Below, piece after piece: positions 12,601 to 21,866 of a stretch of 58,027 nucleotides of DNA. How positions within the stretch are numbered: position 1 is the first letter of the stretch; every line of letters starts with the position of its first letter. The stretch covers positions 62,001 to 120,027 of the IMG/VR virus record IMGVR_UViG_3300044612_002233. The stretch is one strand, 5' to 3'. The position numbers were made by a program, and so were the translations under genes. The notes under the pieces were generated by a model. The model did not search any database, was not told the origin of the DNA, and was given only the letters and a program-made list of their open reading frames with translations. This DNA is from an uncultured virus (IMG/VR IMGVR_UViG_3300044612_002233). Its lineage: Duplodnaviria; Heunggongvirae; Uroviricota; Caudoviricetes.

Positions 12601-12634
12601 TATTATAGTTAGAACTATTACAATTATTTAACAT
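9608..12634 (-). CDS. Adhesin/fibre-like protein: permuted FGE-sulfatase/C-type-lectin-fold domain, long Thr-Pro stalk, C-terminal beta-propeller
   Basis: Contains SYYGTYDQSGN, RGGSF, IGFRI, ITNSEYVQFLN, NKPVNFMNW and PNENEWYKAAFY. These are followed by TxTPT repeats and then WxxIxYGNxxxVA/SxDGxTW repeats. Confidence 0.75.
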   Translation of the reverse strand: MLNNCNSSNYNSQAVWNGITGNLSAVGLNGISSYYGTYDQSGNINEIVDTFVDGYPKFRGGSFVSASGQLAKNYSDINYVDGKRNDIGFRIAKTASLIDSTNYALVTDSNNTGDAANNNYGAVAYNYQIKKYAITNSEYVQFLNAVASTSNFGLALWIPEMSDDPRGGINRSGSSSVGFTYSAKMDMGNKPVNFMNWFCAARYVNWLHNGGQTGNDTESGVYSLSGIIEGTSKPSPSNKNTYWIPNENEWYKAAFYKGGGANTGFWTYATQSDVAPNAVIVDDNGEAYKTSPESVCYTATPTPTPTKTATPTKTPTRTATPTVTKSVTPTKSVTATKTPTVSISATQTITPTKTVTRTVSQTRTVTPTVTPTQTVTPTITKTTTPTRTTTKTPTRTSTITPTPSKSLVVPINLGQLIYQNAVYSGDEIEVLYKGFLLQGKLVPNVAILYEPPNVSPTPTKTITPTVTATPSQTPTITLTNTSTLTSTPTNTVTRTATPTVTVSSSLTPSPTITVTPSLSLTITQTVTPTITQTNSLTPTNTITPTVTKTPTKSLTPTVTATPTITVTSTITPTTSITPTTSITPTITITNTPSITPTNTITPTISITPSVTNTVTITPTISISPTTTVTPTISVTATATPTRTITPTVSITPSITSTQTPTPTISITPTITPTITTTTTPTVTQTVTITPTVTSAIPQANAVAVAYSNNKAMVSQDYGDAYLLKNLPDNQLWTTISYGNGVFVAAAYNSYIINYSTDNGITWQSYDMADDMPGVIHLWISSTYDPINNNFILTSNTSSEIAIIKFLNGSVNSVSYSSLPASANWKGIAYGANIIVAATENSSTCSTSPDGLTWTVRSFGGPIVPCSSLEYLNNEFIIIGNRSLGAGMGVATSSNGISWSTIINGSGQSSMFNVDKITYGYGIYVGNGRYAVTTTEGKIYHSTDNKASWTQAMSGLGALSPIFKVWTHTDGGDRNKIIITIANSTTILISSSAGYTFRTGYSHNWSDIA
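10555..11745 (-). repeat. Degenerate coding tandem repeat (mucin-like T-x-T-P-T), in two blocks ~10555-11275 and ~11430-11745
   Basis: The protein shows dozens of TPT units, and the + strand shows recurring gttggagt/gttggtgt words. Confidence 0.9.
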
Positions 12635-12648
12635 ATTTTAATAGTCCT

Positions 12649-15600
12649 TTAGAAATTATTAGTAACTGAAAACGTAACTGTTTGTGATGGTGCAGAAACA
12701 ATGGAGTATCCAGCTCCAGCTGGATCGCTGCCATTAATATTAACGGGAGAGTAAAGAGCATAGACTCTAGCTTTATAATTACCTAAACCTACCGGAAAAT
12801 GAGATCCAAAAGTATAGCTAGTTTCAGTAGCTGATATTTGGCGAGAGCTGAAGAAAATATTAGTCGATAAATCGACATACATGACTGCTACATAACCATA
12901 TAGAGTAAGAGAAATTCCTGGGACTAATAGTGTCTGTGTCGGATGGCTCCATGTTATTGCGGCTTGTAAATCTCCTCCTGTCGCGCTTAGAATATTTGGA
13001 GCACATGGATTTGCAGTATCATTATTAGGGTTCCACCTATACCATCCTGCATTTATCATACCTGCTATAGTTCTTGGGTCCTGATTAAATCCAAAATTGT
13101 AACTAATATATCTACTAAATAGTCTAATATAGACTGGTCTATTATTTAAATCTACAGGTGGATTACGATAGTATCTCATGCTAGACAGGTCTACTGGCCA
13201 ACTATAGGTATAATTTTGTATTGATGCAACTGAAGAAAAGGGCAAATCATTCTTGGCCCATTGAAAAGTACTATCGAATATGGAACTATTAGAACTATTA
13301 CCTAAATAAACACCATAGCTATAACCATATAGTGGAATTGAATCTACTGTTGTGTCTAGTGGTGTTTTCCATGTTAAAAGTGCTGAATCCTGATATGATT
13401 GCATTACAAAATTCGAAGGAGCATTAGCACTATCGGATAAAAGACGATCATTTCGCATGCTAGGACTAATTGTCATTGTTGGAGTAACGGTTACGGTACT
13501 AGTTACTGTTGGAGTAGTAGTTGGAGTAAATGATGGACTAACAGTAATTGTTGGAGTAACTGTGGGTGTTTGCGTATTTGTCGGAGTTACAGTTATTGTG
13601 GGTGTTACTGTTGAGGTTACCGTTGGAGTCACTGTCTCTGTTGGAGTAACTGTAATTGTTGGAGTAATTGTCTGTGTTGTTGAAACGGTTTGTGTTACTG
13701 TTGGTGTTGTAGTAATAGTAATAGTTGGTGTTGGTGTTAGTGTTGAAGTTACACTGGGTGTTGGAGTATTCGTTGAAGTTACTGTTGCTGTTGGTGTTAC
13801 TGTTGATGTTATTGTTGGAGTAACTGTGATTGTTGGCGTGACAGTTCTTGTTACTGTTGGAGTAACTGTTCTTGTTGGATAAGGAGTTTTGGTAACTGTT
13901 CTTGTAACCATCGGAAGTCTGGTTGCGCCTATTTCACAATCATTACTAAGACTATCACACTTTACCACAGTATTATTCTGATAAAAGACACGAGGAAGAG
14001 GAATACTTGAACTAATAATACCAAGAGTATTAGTATAATCTCCATCTAGCCAAGTATTACTTATCGGAGGATCAGGATATGCAGGATTCATAATATAATA
14101 TAGAAAATCTTCTCCCCCTGCTGTGCTCTTTTGAAAAGCCCAATATGTTGTATATGGATATGCTGCTAGAGTAGTAAGACCAATTCTTGGATAAGAGTTT
14201 TTACCATCTTTACTATAAAAATAACTACCATTACTATCAGTAGTAGTTGATAAATAATAAATACCATTAATTCCATCTTGTACAGCCTGACCACCAGAAA
14301 CAATAATATCAGAACTATTCATTAGTTTACTAGTTAATACTAACATTTTCATTGGCCAATATTTCGTAATTTGCACCATGATTTGTTCTGTTGTACTAGA
14401 AGCAATAAATGCCACGATTGGTTTATCTATAGTGGCAGTATATGGAGATTCTTCGCTTAAAGTAAAGTAAGCAACATATTTATTTCCAGGAATAAGATTC
14501 GTGAATGTTACTAAATGTCCAACATTCTGAGGTGTTGGTCCATTGCCGTATGGGTCAATATCAGAACATGATGGAGCATTATTGCTTTGAGTAGCGTAAT
14601 TATAAAATCCACTGGGTATTATAGAATAAAAATCAAATACTCCAGGATTTTCAAAACTATTAGTTGACATATTAAATATGCCAGGAGAAATAGTGATATT
14701 AGTAGTAATAGGATCATCATAATTTATACTAGTAACAGTTGACCATGCTCCATTTTTTAAAATTTTCCAACCAGTTGTTACCGGAATAACGCTTTCTAAG
14801 TTTTGAACAGGGAGTGTGGCTGAGTCTTCAAATGGATTACCATTAGTATATGACCATTTCTGAACATCATTCAGATTATCTGAATAATAAGCTGCTTTAT
14901 ACCATTCTCTTCTTGAGGGTAAATAATATCTAGCATTTGCTGATCTTGATATATCAAACTGTATACCATCGACACCAACAGAAGGACTGGATACAAAATC
15001 ATAGGCACCAGTATCTATTATTTTTGTATTAGCATTATCTACTCTGTTATGTAGCCAATTACAATATCTCATTGCCATAAAAGCTGATACATAATTTACT
15101 GGTTTATTTCCCATATTTTGTAATACTGCATATTTTGAACCAGCAACATCATTATAGTCAAAACCTATTCCTCCATAAGTAGTATTTGACATAATCGAAT
15201 GGTATAATAATCCAGAATTTCTAGAAGCTAATTGTCCATAACTATTACTATAATCAGATTCATCAGCAAGCAAACCACTAGGATCAACAGAATTTAAGAA
15301 GTCTACATATTGCTGATTCGTAACTTCTAAAGCTGATGCTTTGAAATTAGAACTAATTGATCTAATAATAAATGGATAATTCCCAGCAATGTCTCTAAAT
15401 CCGGGTGTCAAAAAGTTTGTAGAATTATCTACAGTTTTAAGTATTGATATTTTACCAAAATATTCACTATATATGTCTTTATCTATTGTATACCACTCTT
15501 TTCTATCTCTATGATGTCCATAAAGTATAGATCCATCATAATTTATAGCTAATTGTAATATAGCAGGAGAGGATCCTGGACCACTTAATTGGGCATTTTT

Positions 15601-16563
15601 AATAAATACTGGCGATCCACCCGTAGTTGTTGGAAGTAAATTAATAGCATAAAAAGTATTTGACGCTGTTGAGGCGTATAACATACCAGAGTTTTTATCT
15701 ATTGCAATATCGCCCAGTGTATTGTCTGTATCTAAAATAGGTAATGAAATATTCCATGTTTGTTTTCCTGTTGCTGTTGGCACATTACTTGATCCTGCAT
15801 AGGAGAATGATATTTTGTTCAGAGTTTTTGTACCCTCTGTAAAATACCAATAGCCACTAGCATAATAATCTGCATTTCCTATAGATGTAGTTAAATAAGT
15901 ATTTGATGAAGCTATATAAGCTAGTTGTGGACTGGTTGAGTTCGTATTCCACCAATACAATCCAGAAGGATCACTTTCATAGCCATTAAAGGTAAAATAA
16001 ATCTGATCCTTGTCAAAATTATAAGCCAAAGCATTACAGGGGCTTTTCTGAAAAGTTGTTCCTGTGCCAAAAACTAAAGAACAAGCTCTTCTTTCTGGTA
16101 TTACTTCAAAAAATAAATTTGTTTCTGTAATTCCATAAATTCTGGATTGTGGTAAAGTATCAGAAGCTGATGATCCGCTGACTGTAACAAAATTAGGTAA
16201 GTTTAGCGGGTTGCTGGTTGAGAATACTCTAAATCCAATATCTTTTTTAAGAGTAAATGAGTTATAATTATTCTGATTATGTATACCAATATTATTAGAA
16301 GTATCATATTTGGAGATAGTTCCACTATTCGAACTAAATGATCCTCCCAAAACTATTTTCGATGAGCTATAATTGTACTCTGGATTATATCCACTAAAAC
16401 TAACATTATTTTCAATCCATTCAGCAACATTTCCACTTTGATCATAAGTTCCATAATAACTAGGAGAGCCATTGAATCCAACAGCACTAACATTACCAGT
16501 AGCAGCATTCCAAATTACACAATTGTTATAATTAGCCTTATTAAGACCAGGTATATCCAGCAT
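12649..16563 (-). CDS. Adhesin/fibre-like protein: permuted FGE/CLec domain split by a propeller-like insert, Thr-Pro stalk, C-terminal FN3-like domains
   Basis: SYYGTYDQSGNVAEW...GGSF...IGFRV sits at the N-terminus. EVTNQQYVDFLN...NKPVNYVS...LPSRREWYKAAYY follows a ~260-aa insert containing GDIAID/LQLAINYDG blades. The C-terminus has APSN...LTWKTP and APN...ITWSHP...YKARVYA. Confidence 0.72.
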   Translation of the reverse strand: MLDIPGLNKANYNNCVIWNAATGNVSAVGFNGSPSYYGTYDQSGNVAEWIENNVSFSGYNPEYNYSSSKIVLGGSFSSNSGTISKYDTSNNIGIHNQNNYNSFTLKKDIGFRVFSTSNPLNLPNFVTVSGSSASDTLPQSRIYGITETNLFFEVIPERRACSLVFGTGTTFQKSPCNALAYNFDKDQIYFTFNGYESDPSGLYWWNTNSTSPQLAYIASSNTYLTTSIGNADYYASGYWYFTEGTKTLNKISFSYAGSSNVPTATGKQTWNISLPILDTDNTLGDIAIDKNSGMLYASTASNTFYAINLLPTTTGGSPVFIKNAQLSGPGSSPAILQLAINYDGSILYGHHRDRKEWYTIDKDIYSEYFGKISILKTVDNSTNFLTPGFRDIAGNYPFIIRSISSNFKASALEVTNQQYVDFLNSVDPSGLLADESDYSNSYGQLASRNSGLLYHSIMSNTTYGGIGFDYNDVAGSKYAVLQNMGNKPVNYVSAFMAMRYCNWLHNRVDNANTKIIDTGAYDFVSSPSVGVDGIQFDISRSANARYYLPSRREWYKAAYYSDNLNDVQKWSYTNGNPFEDSATLPVQNLESVIPVTTGWKILKNGAWSTVTSINYDDPITTNITISPGIFNMSTNSFENPGVFDFYSIIPSGFYNYATQSNNAPSCSDIDPYGNGPTPQNVGHLVTFTNLIPGNKYVAYFTLSEESPYTATIDKPIVAFIASSTTEQIMVQITKYWPMKMLVLTSKLMNSSDIIVSGGQAVQDGINGIYYLSTTTDSNGSYFYSKDGKNSYPRIGLTTLAAYPYTTYWAFQKSTAGGEDFLYYIMNPAYPDPPISNTWLDGDYTNTLGIISSSIPLPRVFYQNNTVVKCDSLSNDCEIGATRLPMVTRTVTKTPYPTRTVTPTVTRTVTPTITVTPTITSTVTPTATVTSTNTPTPSVTSTLTPTPTITITTTPTVTQTVSTTQTITPTITVTPTETVTPTVTSTVTPTITVTPTNTQTPTVTPTITVSPSFTPTTTPTVTSTVTVTPTMTISPSMRNDRLLSDSANAPSNFVMQSYQDSALLTWKTPLDTTVDSIPLYGYSYGVYLGNSSNSSIFDSTFQWAKNDLPFSSVASIQNYTYSWPVDLSSMRYYRNPPVDLNNRPVYIRLFSRYISYNFGFNQDPRTIAGMINAGWYRWNPNNDTANPCAPNILSATGGDLQAAITWSHPTQTLLVPGISLTLYGYVAVMYVDLSTNIFFSSRQISATETSYTFGSHFPVGLGNYKARVYALYSPVNINGSDPAGAGYSIVSAPSQTVTFSVTNNF
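13460..13910 (-). repeat. Coding Thr-Pro tandem repeat (stalk)
   Basis: TVTPTITVTPT-type units run for ~150 aa. Confidence 0.9.
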
Positions 16564-16583
16564 TATTAATTTCCTTTATTTTT

Positions 16584-19298
16584 TTAAATACACTCAGGAC
16601 CACATTTTACTGCAAGATAGTCCATAGCCTCCAAGGCATTGCTAGTATTAGTTAGTTTAAACTGTATAACAGCCTGACTCTGATTTTCTAAATTAATATT
16701 AGCAACAGTTAATAAATTAGCTTGTCCACTATTCTGAAATACAATATTACCACTACTCGGAGTTAGTGTGATAGCAGGAGATGCTGAAATGAATCGATAT
16801 GTATGATTATCTCCTGGCATAGCATTACTAACATTAACAGATAATAGCTTTGTTCCAGAGCAGCAACCAACTGGTAGTGTTAATACTGGAGATCCAGAGA
16901 ATGAAACAATATAATCTGTTATAGGTAAGCAATTATTACAATTTAATGTAAAATCATTACTATACGTTGTTATATTTGAGCAAGAGGTTTGTTGAACGCT
17001 CATGTTCAAAGTTATAAACTTATTCTTTGATCCATCGTATAATGAATTTTCTTTATAGACTAGGATAGTATCTCTAGTGTCGGTAGCGCATGATCCACTA
17101 GGGTAACAGAACCCAATGTCTGTTTTGATAACTCTAGAGTCAGAAGTTGCCACAAATTCACCAGATTGTCTTGAAACAACAACCGGCCAATTACTATCAA
17201 CACGAGCAAAATTGTATTTATACGTTTCTCCAGGAATAAGATTATTTAGTCTAGAGTTTAAAACATAAGTATTATTACCGAAAGTATCCAATACAGCATT
17301 AGAGTCTTGAATAATCTCAAGCTTCTTTAGACAATTATCACAAGAAACTCTACATTCATTACTTTGTGCTATTGAATCATTACAACCAGTTTCTTTAATT
17401 TCTAGTCTTAGTTTCACATTTCTATCAATTGCTCCAAAATTCGTTGAACAAGTTGGATCTAATGAATATGGAATAACATTTGCTGTTCCATTAGGACATG
17501 TTCCTGTTGATGGGCAGAATGTTAATCTGCTAGTTAAACTTTCAAAAGTTGAATTAGCTTTAATTACTCCACTCATTGGATATAGTATTGCTGGCCAATT
17601 AGCTCCAGCACCCTTAAACTCATAACTATAATACGATCCTGGAACAAGATTACTAACATCTGCTAGAACATCAATATAATTTGTTCCATAGTTAAGAGAA
17701 AGATTCTTTGGTATTGTAGCATCTAGTATTGGTAAGCAGTTTTCGCAAGAGGCTGTTAACTCATTACTGTAAATAGTTTCAGCATCATAGTTAATTGGAT
17801 CAACCATTAGTCTCAATTTAATATTTCTACTAATATATCCTGCTCTTGTAATACATGAAGAGTCAATGGTATAATCGAGAACATCAGGATCAGAACTAGG
17901 ACAAATACCGGTTGATTTGCAGAAAGATAATTTGGCGGGGATTGACATTGATGTTGTTGTTGGAGTTAATAGTCCGCTCATTGGAGAGATTGTTACAGGC
18001 CAATTAGCATCAACAGCCTCAAAAACATATCTGTATTGTGAATTTGGAATAAGATTCAGTATGTCTGCATTAAATACATACTTATCATTTCCTTGTGTTA
18101 AATTCAAAGAGTTTGGAATAGACGCTCTTGGTTTGGACACACAGTCATTACAAAAAATACTTAATTCATTACTATAGGTTGATTCATTATTAGAAGATTG
18201 TTTAATTCTGAGTTTTATTCTTGCTGTTTTGTCTAATAGTCCAAAGTTGATATCTGATGATACATTGGTTGTGTATGCTAAGACTCCATTAACTCCACTT
18301 GGGCACAAGCCTGTTGATGGACATAATGTTAGTTTAACAGGAATAGACGCCACTTTATCTGTGGCTACCATTGTGCCACTTTGTGGCTGCACTAAGACTG
18401 GCCAATTAGCTCTGACACTACTAAATTCATATGAATATTCTTGTCCAACAATAAGATTATCTAAAGCAACATCAAAACTACTATAAGTATCACCAGCATT
18501 AAGATCAATTACAGAAGGTAACACAGCATGAGTTTTTGGTAAACAGTCATTACAGAGCACGGAAAAGGACGATGATGAGCTAGCTTGTGGAGATTGTGCT
18601 TTTTCAACTGGCTCAACTACTAGGTTAATAACAGAATATCTATCTTCTCTATCTATACTATTTGAAGTATCAACATAGTTTAAAACTTTATCATCAGCTT
18701 CTAAGCAGACATTGGAAGATGAACAGAATGATAGTAGACTAGTTATATTAGCATATTCATTTGAGGCTTTAATGACTCCTGATCTTGGAACTATCTTTAC
18801 TGGCCAATTTCCTCCAGCTCCTTCAAAAGAGTATGTATATGATTGATTTGGTATTAATCCATTAATCTCTGATGTTATGCTTGTTGAATTTCCATCTTCT
18901 GGATTAAATGACATAGAGTCTGTTCTAATTGATAGTTGAGGAGCACATTCATCACATTCAACAATACATGGATGTGTATATATAACTTCATTAACATTAT
19001 CATATTCTGTAATAGATAATCCAAGAACACTATATAAACTCTTTGGTCCAACAGCTAATCCTGGATCACTGATTTTTGTCTGTGGAGTATTGAAGAATAC
19101 ATTAGCATCAGAAGCTGGACATTCTCCAGTTGTTGAGCAAAAATATACATATGTTTTGACATTACTAGGATAAAATACTCCTGATAGTGGAGTTACTCTA
19201 ACTGGCCAATTTCCACCATTATTAGTAAATTTAAATCTATATTTATTATTTGGATTTAATCCACTAACATTAACATCAATTGTTTTAATTGTTGACAT
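16584..19298 (-). CDS. Virion protein of 6 (+1 degenerate) Cys-rich ~130-aa 'NWP' repeats, probably beta-sandwich
   Basis: Repeated pattern L.P...Y.[YF].F....NWP....P.SG...FC.S.G.C...SN....C..C.P. Confidence 0.75.
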   Translation of the reverse strand: MSTIKTIDVNVSGLNPNNKYRFKFTNNGGNWPVRVTPLSGVFYPSNVKTYVYFCSTTGECPASDANVFFNTPQTKISDPGLAVGPKSLYSVLGLSITEYDNVNEVIYTHPCIVECDECAPQLSIRTDSMSFNPEDGNSTSITSEINGLIPNQSYTYSFEGAGGNWPVKIVPRSGVIKASNEYANITSLLSFCSSSNVCLEADDKVLNYVDTSNSIDREDRYSVINLVVEPVEKAQSPQASSSSSFSVLCNDCLPKTHAVLPSVIDLNAGDTYSSFDVALDNLIVGQEYSYEFSSVRANWPVLVQPQSGTMVATDKVASIPVKLTLCPSTGLCPSGVNGVLAYTTNVSSDINFGLLDKTARIKLRIKQSSNNESTYSNELSIFCNDCVSKPRASIPNSLNLTQGNDKYVFNADILNLIPNSQYRYVFEAVDANWPVTISPMSGLLTPTTTSMSIPAKLSFCKSTGICPSSDPDVLDYTIDSSCITRAGYISRNIKLRLMVDPINYDAETIYSNELTASCENCLPILDATIPKNLSLNYGTNYIDVLADVSNLVPGSYYSYEFKGAGANWPAILYPMSGVIKANSTFESLTSRLTFCPSTGTCPNGTANVIPYSLDPTCSTNFGAIDRNVKLRLEIKETGCNDSIAQSNECRVSCDNCLKKLEIIQDSNAVLDTFGNNTYVLNSRLNNLIPGETYKYNFARVDSNWPVVVSRQSGEFVATSDSRVIKTDIGFCYPSGSCATDTRDTILVYKENSLYDGSKNKFITLNMSVQQTSCSNITTYSNDFTLNCNNCLPITDYIVSFSGSPVLTLPVGCCSGTKLLSVNVSNAMPGDNHTYRFISASPAITLTPSSGNIVFQNSGQANLLTVANINLENQSQAVIQFKLTNTSNALEAMDYLAVKCGPECI

Positions 19299-19322
19299 TT
19301 ATTTTACCTTTGTATATTGAGT

Positions 19323-20120
19323 TTAACAGCTGGTTCCTTCACTGATAGTCACACCCACGCCAACATGACCACCGTTACTAGCACAATCTAAGCATCTGAT
19401 TTTAACTATATTACTACGATGAATTATACTAGAACAATCTGGGTCACTAAGCAATAATCTGAATGATGTTTCGGTTTTATACCAATTTTTAGTTCCTGCA
19501 TTATTCTTTATTGAATATGGCAATACTCCTATTTGTCCATTTGGACACGAACCTGTTGTGGCACAGAAGCCTCCGTATAGGCTAAGCACAGCATCTTTTT
19601 CGTGTGCATATATTTGACCGGTTGTTGCAGATAATGAGAACGGCCAATCTGAATCTAGTGCTTGTAGTGAATAATTATATAGTTTATTTGGGATTAAATT
19701 ACTAAGAGTAATATTTATTTCGTGTTCAGTTTCTTTTTTAATTCCGGTATTGACCACATCAAATTTTATTTTTGGAAAACAACCAGTGCAAGTCACTTTA
19801 ACCGAATCGCTTTTATATATATTTGAAGCATCGTTTACAGCATAAAACGACAATTGTATTTTACTAAATGGATCATCTCCAATATTACATAAACAATCAT
19901 CATAAGCTAATAGACCATCACAGTCTAAACAGCCAGTTTTTGATAGGCAAAAATATACTGTAGCATCAATTGATGCTGTAGCGGATGTTGAGGTTATGGA
20001 ACCACTAATTGGTGTTATTACTGTTGGCCAGTTTGACCCTATGCCATTAAAAACATAGTTATATTTTTCAAATGGAATTAGGCCATTTATTTGAGCCGAA
20101 ATATCTATAGGATTAGGCAT
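19323..20120 (-). CDS. Protein with two Cys-rich 'NWP' repeats
   Basis: SNWPTVITPISG...FCLSKTGC and SDWPFSLSATTG...FCATTGSCP. AAGGA SD upstream. Confidence 0.75.
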   Translation of the reverse strand: MPNPIDISAQINGLIPFEKYNYVFNGIGSNWPTVITPISGSITSTSATASIDATVYFCLSKTGCLDCDGLLAYDDCLCNIGDDPFSKIQLSFYAVNDASNIYKSDSVKVTCTGCFPKIKFDVVNTGIKKETEHEINITLSNLIPNKLYNYSLQALDSDWPFSLSATTGQIYAHEKDAVLSLYGGFCATTGSCPNGQIGVLPYSIKNNAGTKNWYKTETSFRLLLSDPDCSSIIHRSNIVKIRCLDCASNGGHVGVGVTISEGTSC

Positions 20121-20147
20121 TTGATATCCTTTTTAGTATGAATAACT

Positions 20148-20158
20148 GTTTATACACC
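20148..20158 (-). promoter_or_regulatory. Putative late promoter GGTGTATAAAC
   Basis: In the 43-nt gap upstream of 20120. Confidence 0.5.
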
Positions 20159-20163
20159 ATATG

Positions 20164-21831
20164 TTATGGACTGCTAGGGGCTGCTCCTGGAGGAGTACGA
20201 TCAATAACTATGCCAAGAGCTGCGCTAGCTATTCCCACATCTCCAGCTGAGTTTTTAATCCTGGCACTAATTGTATATTGACCATCATTTTTAACCGCAT
20301 CTTCTGGAATAGCAACGTTATAGCCTCCGAGGAGATCGGGCTCTGCGGGTACTGTGGTGACTACACTATTATTAACTAAGATTTCTATAGTATCTGTATT
20401 CAGTAGATTTATAGTATTGGGTATACTGAGAGTAACAACTGGAGAAACAGCATTTGTTATATTGTCAGTATCACTTGATCCAGTGTCTGATGTTGCTACT
20501 AAATCAATAATAGCATCGGCTAAAGAAGGCACAGATGATGGAGGTTGAGCATCTGGCTGACCATCATCAATTGTTAAAGTCGCACCAGGGCCGCCTGCTC
20601 CATTAGAAGATAATGCTGGCTTTCTGTATGTGACCACTAACGGATTACTATATGTAATCTCAGACGGACACGAATTAGAAACTAGTGTTGCTCTTAGCAT
20701 AATATCATAGTCAATTGACCCTGTCCAAAATTTGGGATATGATGGTATGCTGTAATTATTAACACCATTTTGTCCAGGTTGACATATTCCTGTTGACTGG
20801 CAAAATAAAATCTTACTAGATATCTGAGGAACAGTAGTAATAGATTTTACGTCTATTGTTCCTGATGACGGTCCAATGAAAATAATTGGCCATTGGGAAT
20901 TAATTGTTTCTATTTTGTACGAATATATTTGATTTTTAAGCAAATTATTAATAGATAAATTAAATTCATACGATGCATTAACTGTTGTGTCTGTTGGTCT
21001 ATTTACTATATTAGGAACAGAACTAGATAGTGATATTGATGATTTTGGTAAACAATCCTTGCATCCTATGCTGAACTGATTGCTTATAGTTTCTGGACCA
21101 TCAAAAGAGGTTGGGGTTATTGATAATTCCATTATTGCATATTTATCACTATCTTTCGTAAATAAACATGGCTGTGGAAGATTATAATTTAGAGTATTAG
21201 AATCACAACTTCCGCTTGTTGGACAGAAAGTCACTCTTGCTTTAATTAAACCCGTTGGAGTTGATGGCTTTAGTATTCCGGATATTGCATTAACGCTAAC
21301 TGGCCAATTAGCATCTACACTTTTAAATACATATCTATACTCTTCATAAGGTTGTAAATTTTCTATCTGTGGATTAATAACTATAGAGTTACCATCTGCC
21401 AGAGTTAGTATTTCATTCTCTATACTTGATGGTATAACATTTGGCAAAAGTTTAGTAGCAGTACTCGTGAATCCGAGTAACGATCCTCCAATAGCTGGAA
21501 TTTTTAATGGAATAGCAGATTCGTCTCTAACTATAAAATAATATGATGATCTTGGATCTAAAAATTCTAAATCAGAATCTGGATGTGGTGCGTATAGGTA
21601 TCTTTTATTACCAAGCGAGTCTGATCCTTCTACTAGTTTTGTCCAAAATTTTGGAATTTTTCCATTAGCGCTTTGGCTGCTATATATAGCACTTATACTT
21701 TGAATGAATCGGTCATATTCTGCTCGTCCCTCATCTGTTAAATTTGCTGGAACAGTTTTCAATGACAGTCTTTGATTACCACTATAATATGTAATAAAAA
21801 ATTGGCTATTTATAATCATGATATAGTCCAT
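20164..21831 (-). CDS. Protein with two 'NWP' repeats and a C-terminal bacterial Ig-like (Big) domain
   Basis: ANWPVSVNAISG and SQWPIIFIGPSSG repeats. The C-terminal DLVATSDTGSSDTDNITN...DGQYTISARIKNSAGDVG...IVIDRTPP resembles Big domains of giant adhesins. Confidence 0.75.
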   Translation of the reverse strand: MDYIMIINSQFFITYYSGNQRLSLKTVPANLTDEGRAEYDRFIQSISAIYSSQSANGKIPKFWTKLVEGSDSLGNKRYLYAPHPDSDLEFLDPRSSYYFIVRDESAIPLKIPAIGGSLLGFTSTATKLLPNVIPSSIENEILTLADGNSIVINPQIENLQPYEEYRYVFKSVDANWPVSVNAISGILKPSTPTGLIKARVTFCPTSGSCDSNTLNYNLPQPCLFTKDSDKYAIMELSITPTSFDGPETISNQFSIGCKDCLPKSSISLSSSVPNIVNRPTDTTVNASYEFNLSINNLLKNQIYSYKIETINSQWPIIFIGPSSGTIDVKSITTVPQISSKILFCQSTGICQPGQNGVNNYSIPSYPKFWTGSIDYDIMLRATLVSNSCPSEITYSNPLVVTYRKPALSSNGAGGPGATLTIDDGQPDAQPPSSVPSLADAIIDLVATSDTGSSDTDNITNAVSPVVTLSIPNTINLLNTDTIEILVNNSVVTTVPAEPDLLGGYNVAIPEDAVKNDGQYTISARIKNSAGDVGIASAALGIVIDRTPPGAAPSSP

Positions 21832-21855
21832 TCATAAAGTTTATGTTGCATAATA

Positions 21856-21866
21856 TTATTTACACC
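21856..21866 (-). promoter_or_regulatory. Putative late promoter GGTGTAAATAA
   Basis: In the 35-nt gap upstream of 21831. Confidence 0.45.

Noticed and set aside
10599..13882. Plus-strand Val/Gly-rich ORFs (10599-11042, 11100-11369, 13457-13882)
   Set aside because: Antisense shadows of Thr-Pro repeat codons, fully inside long minus-strand genes.
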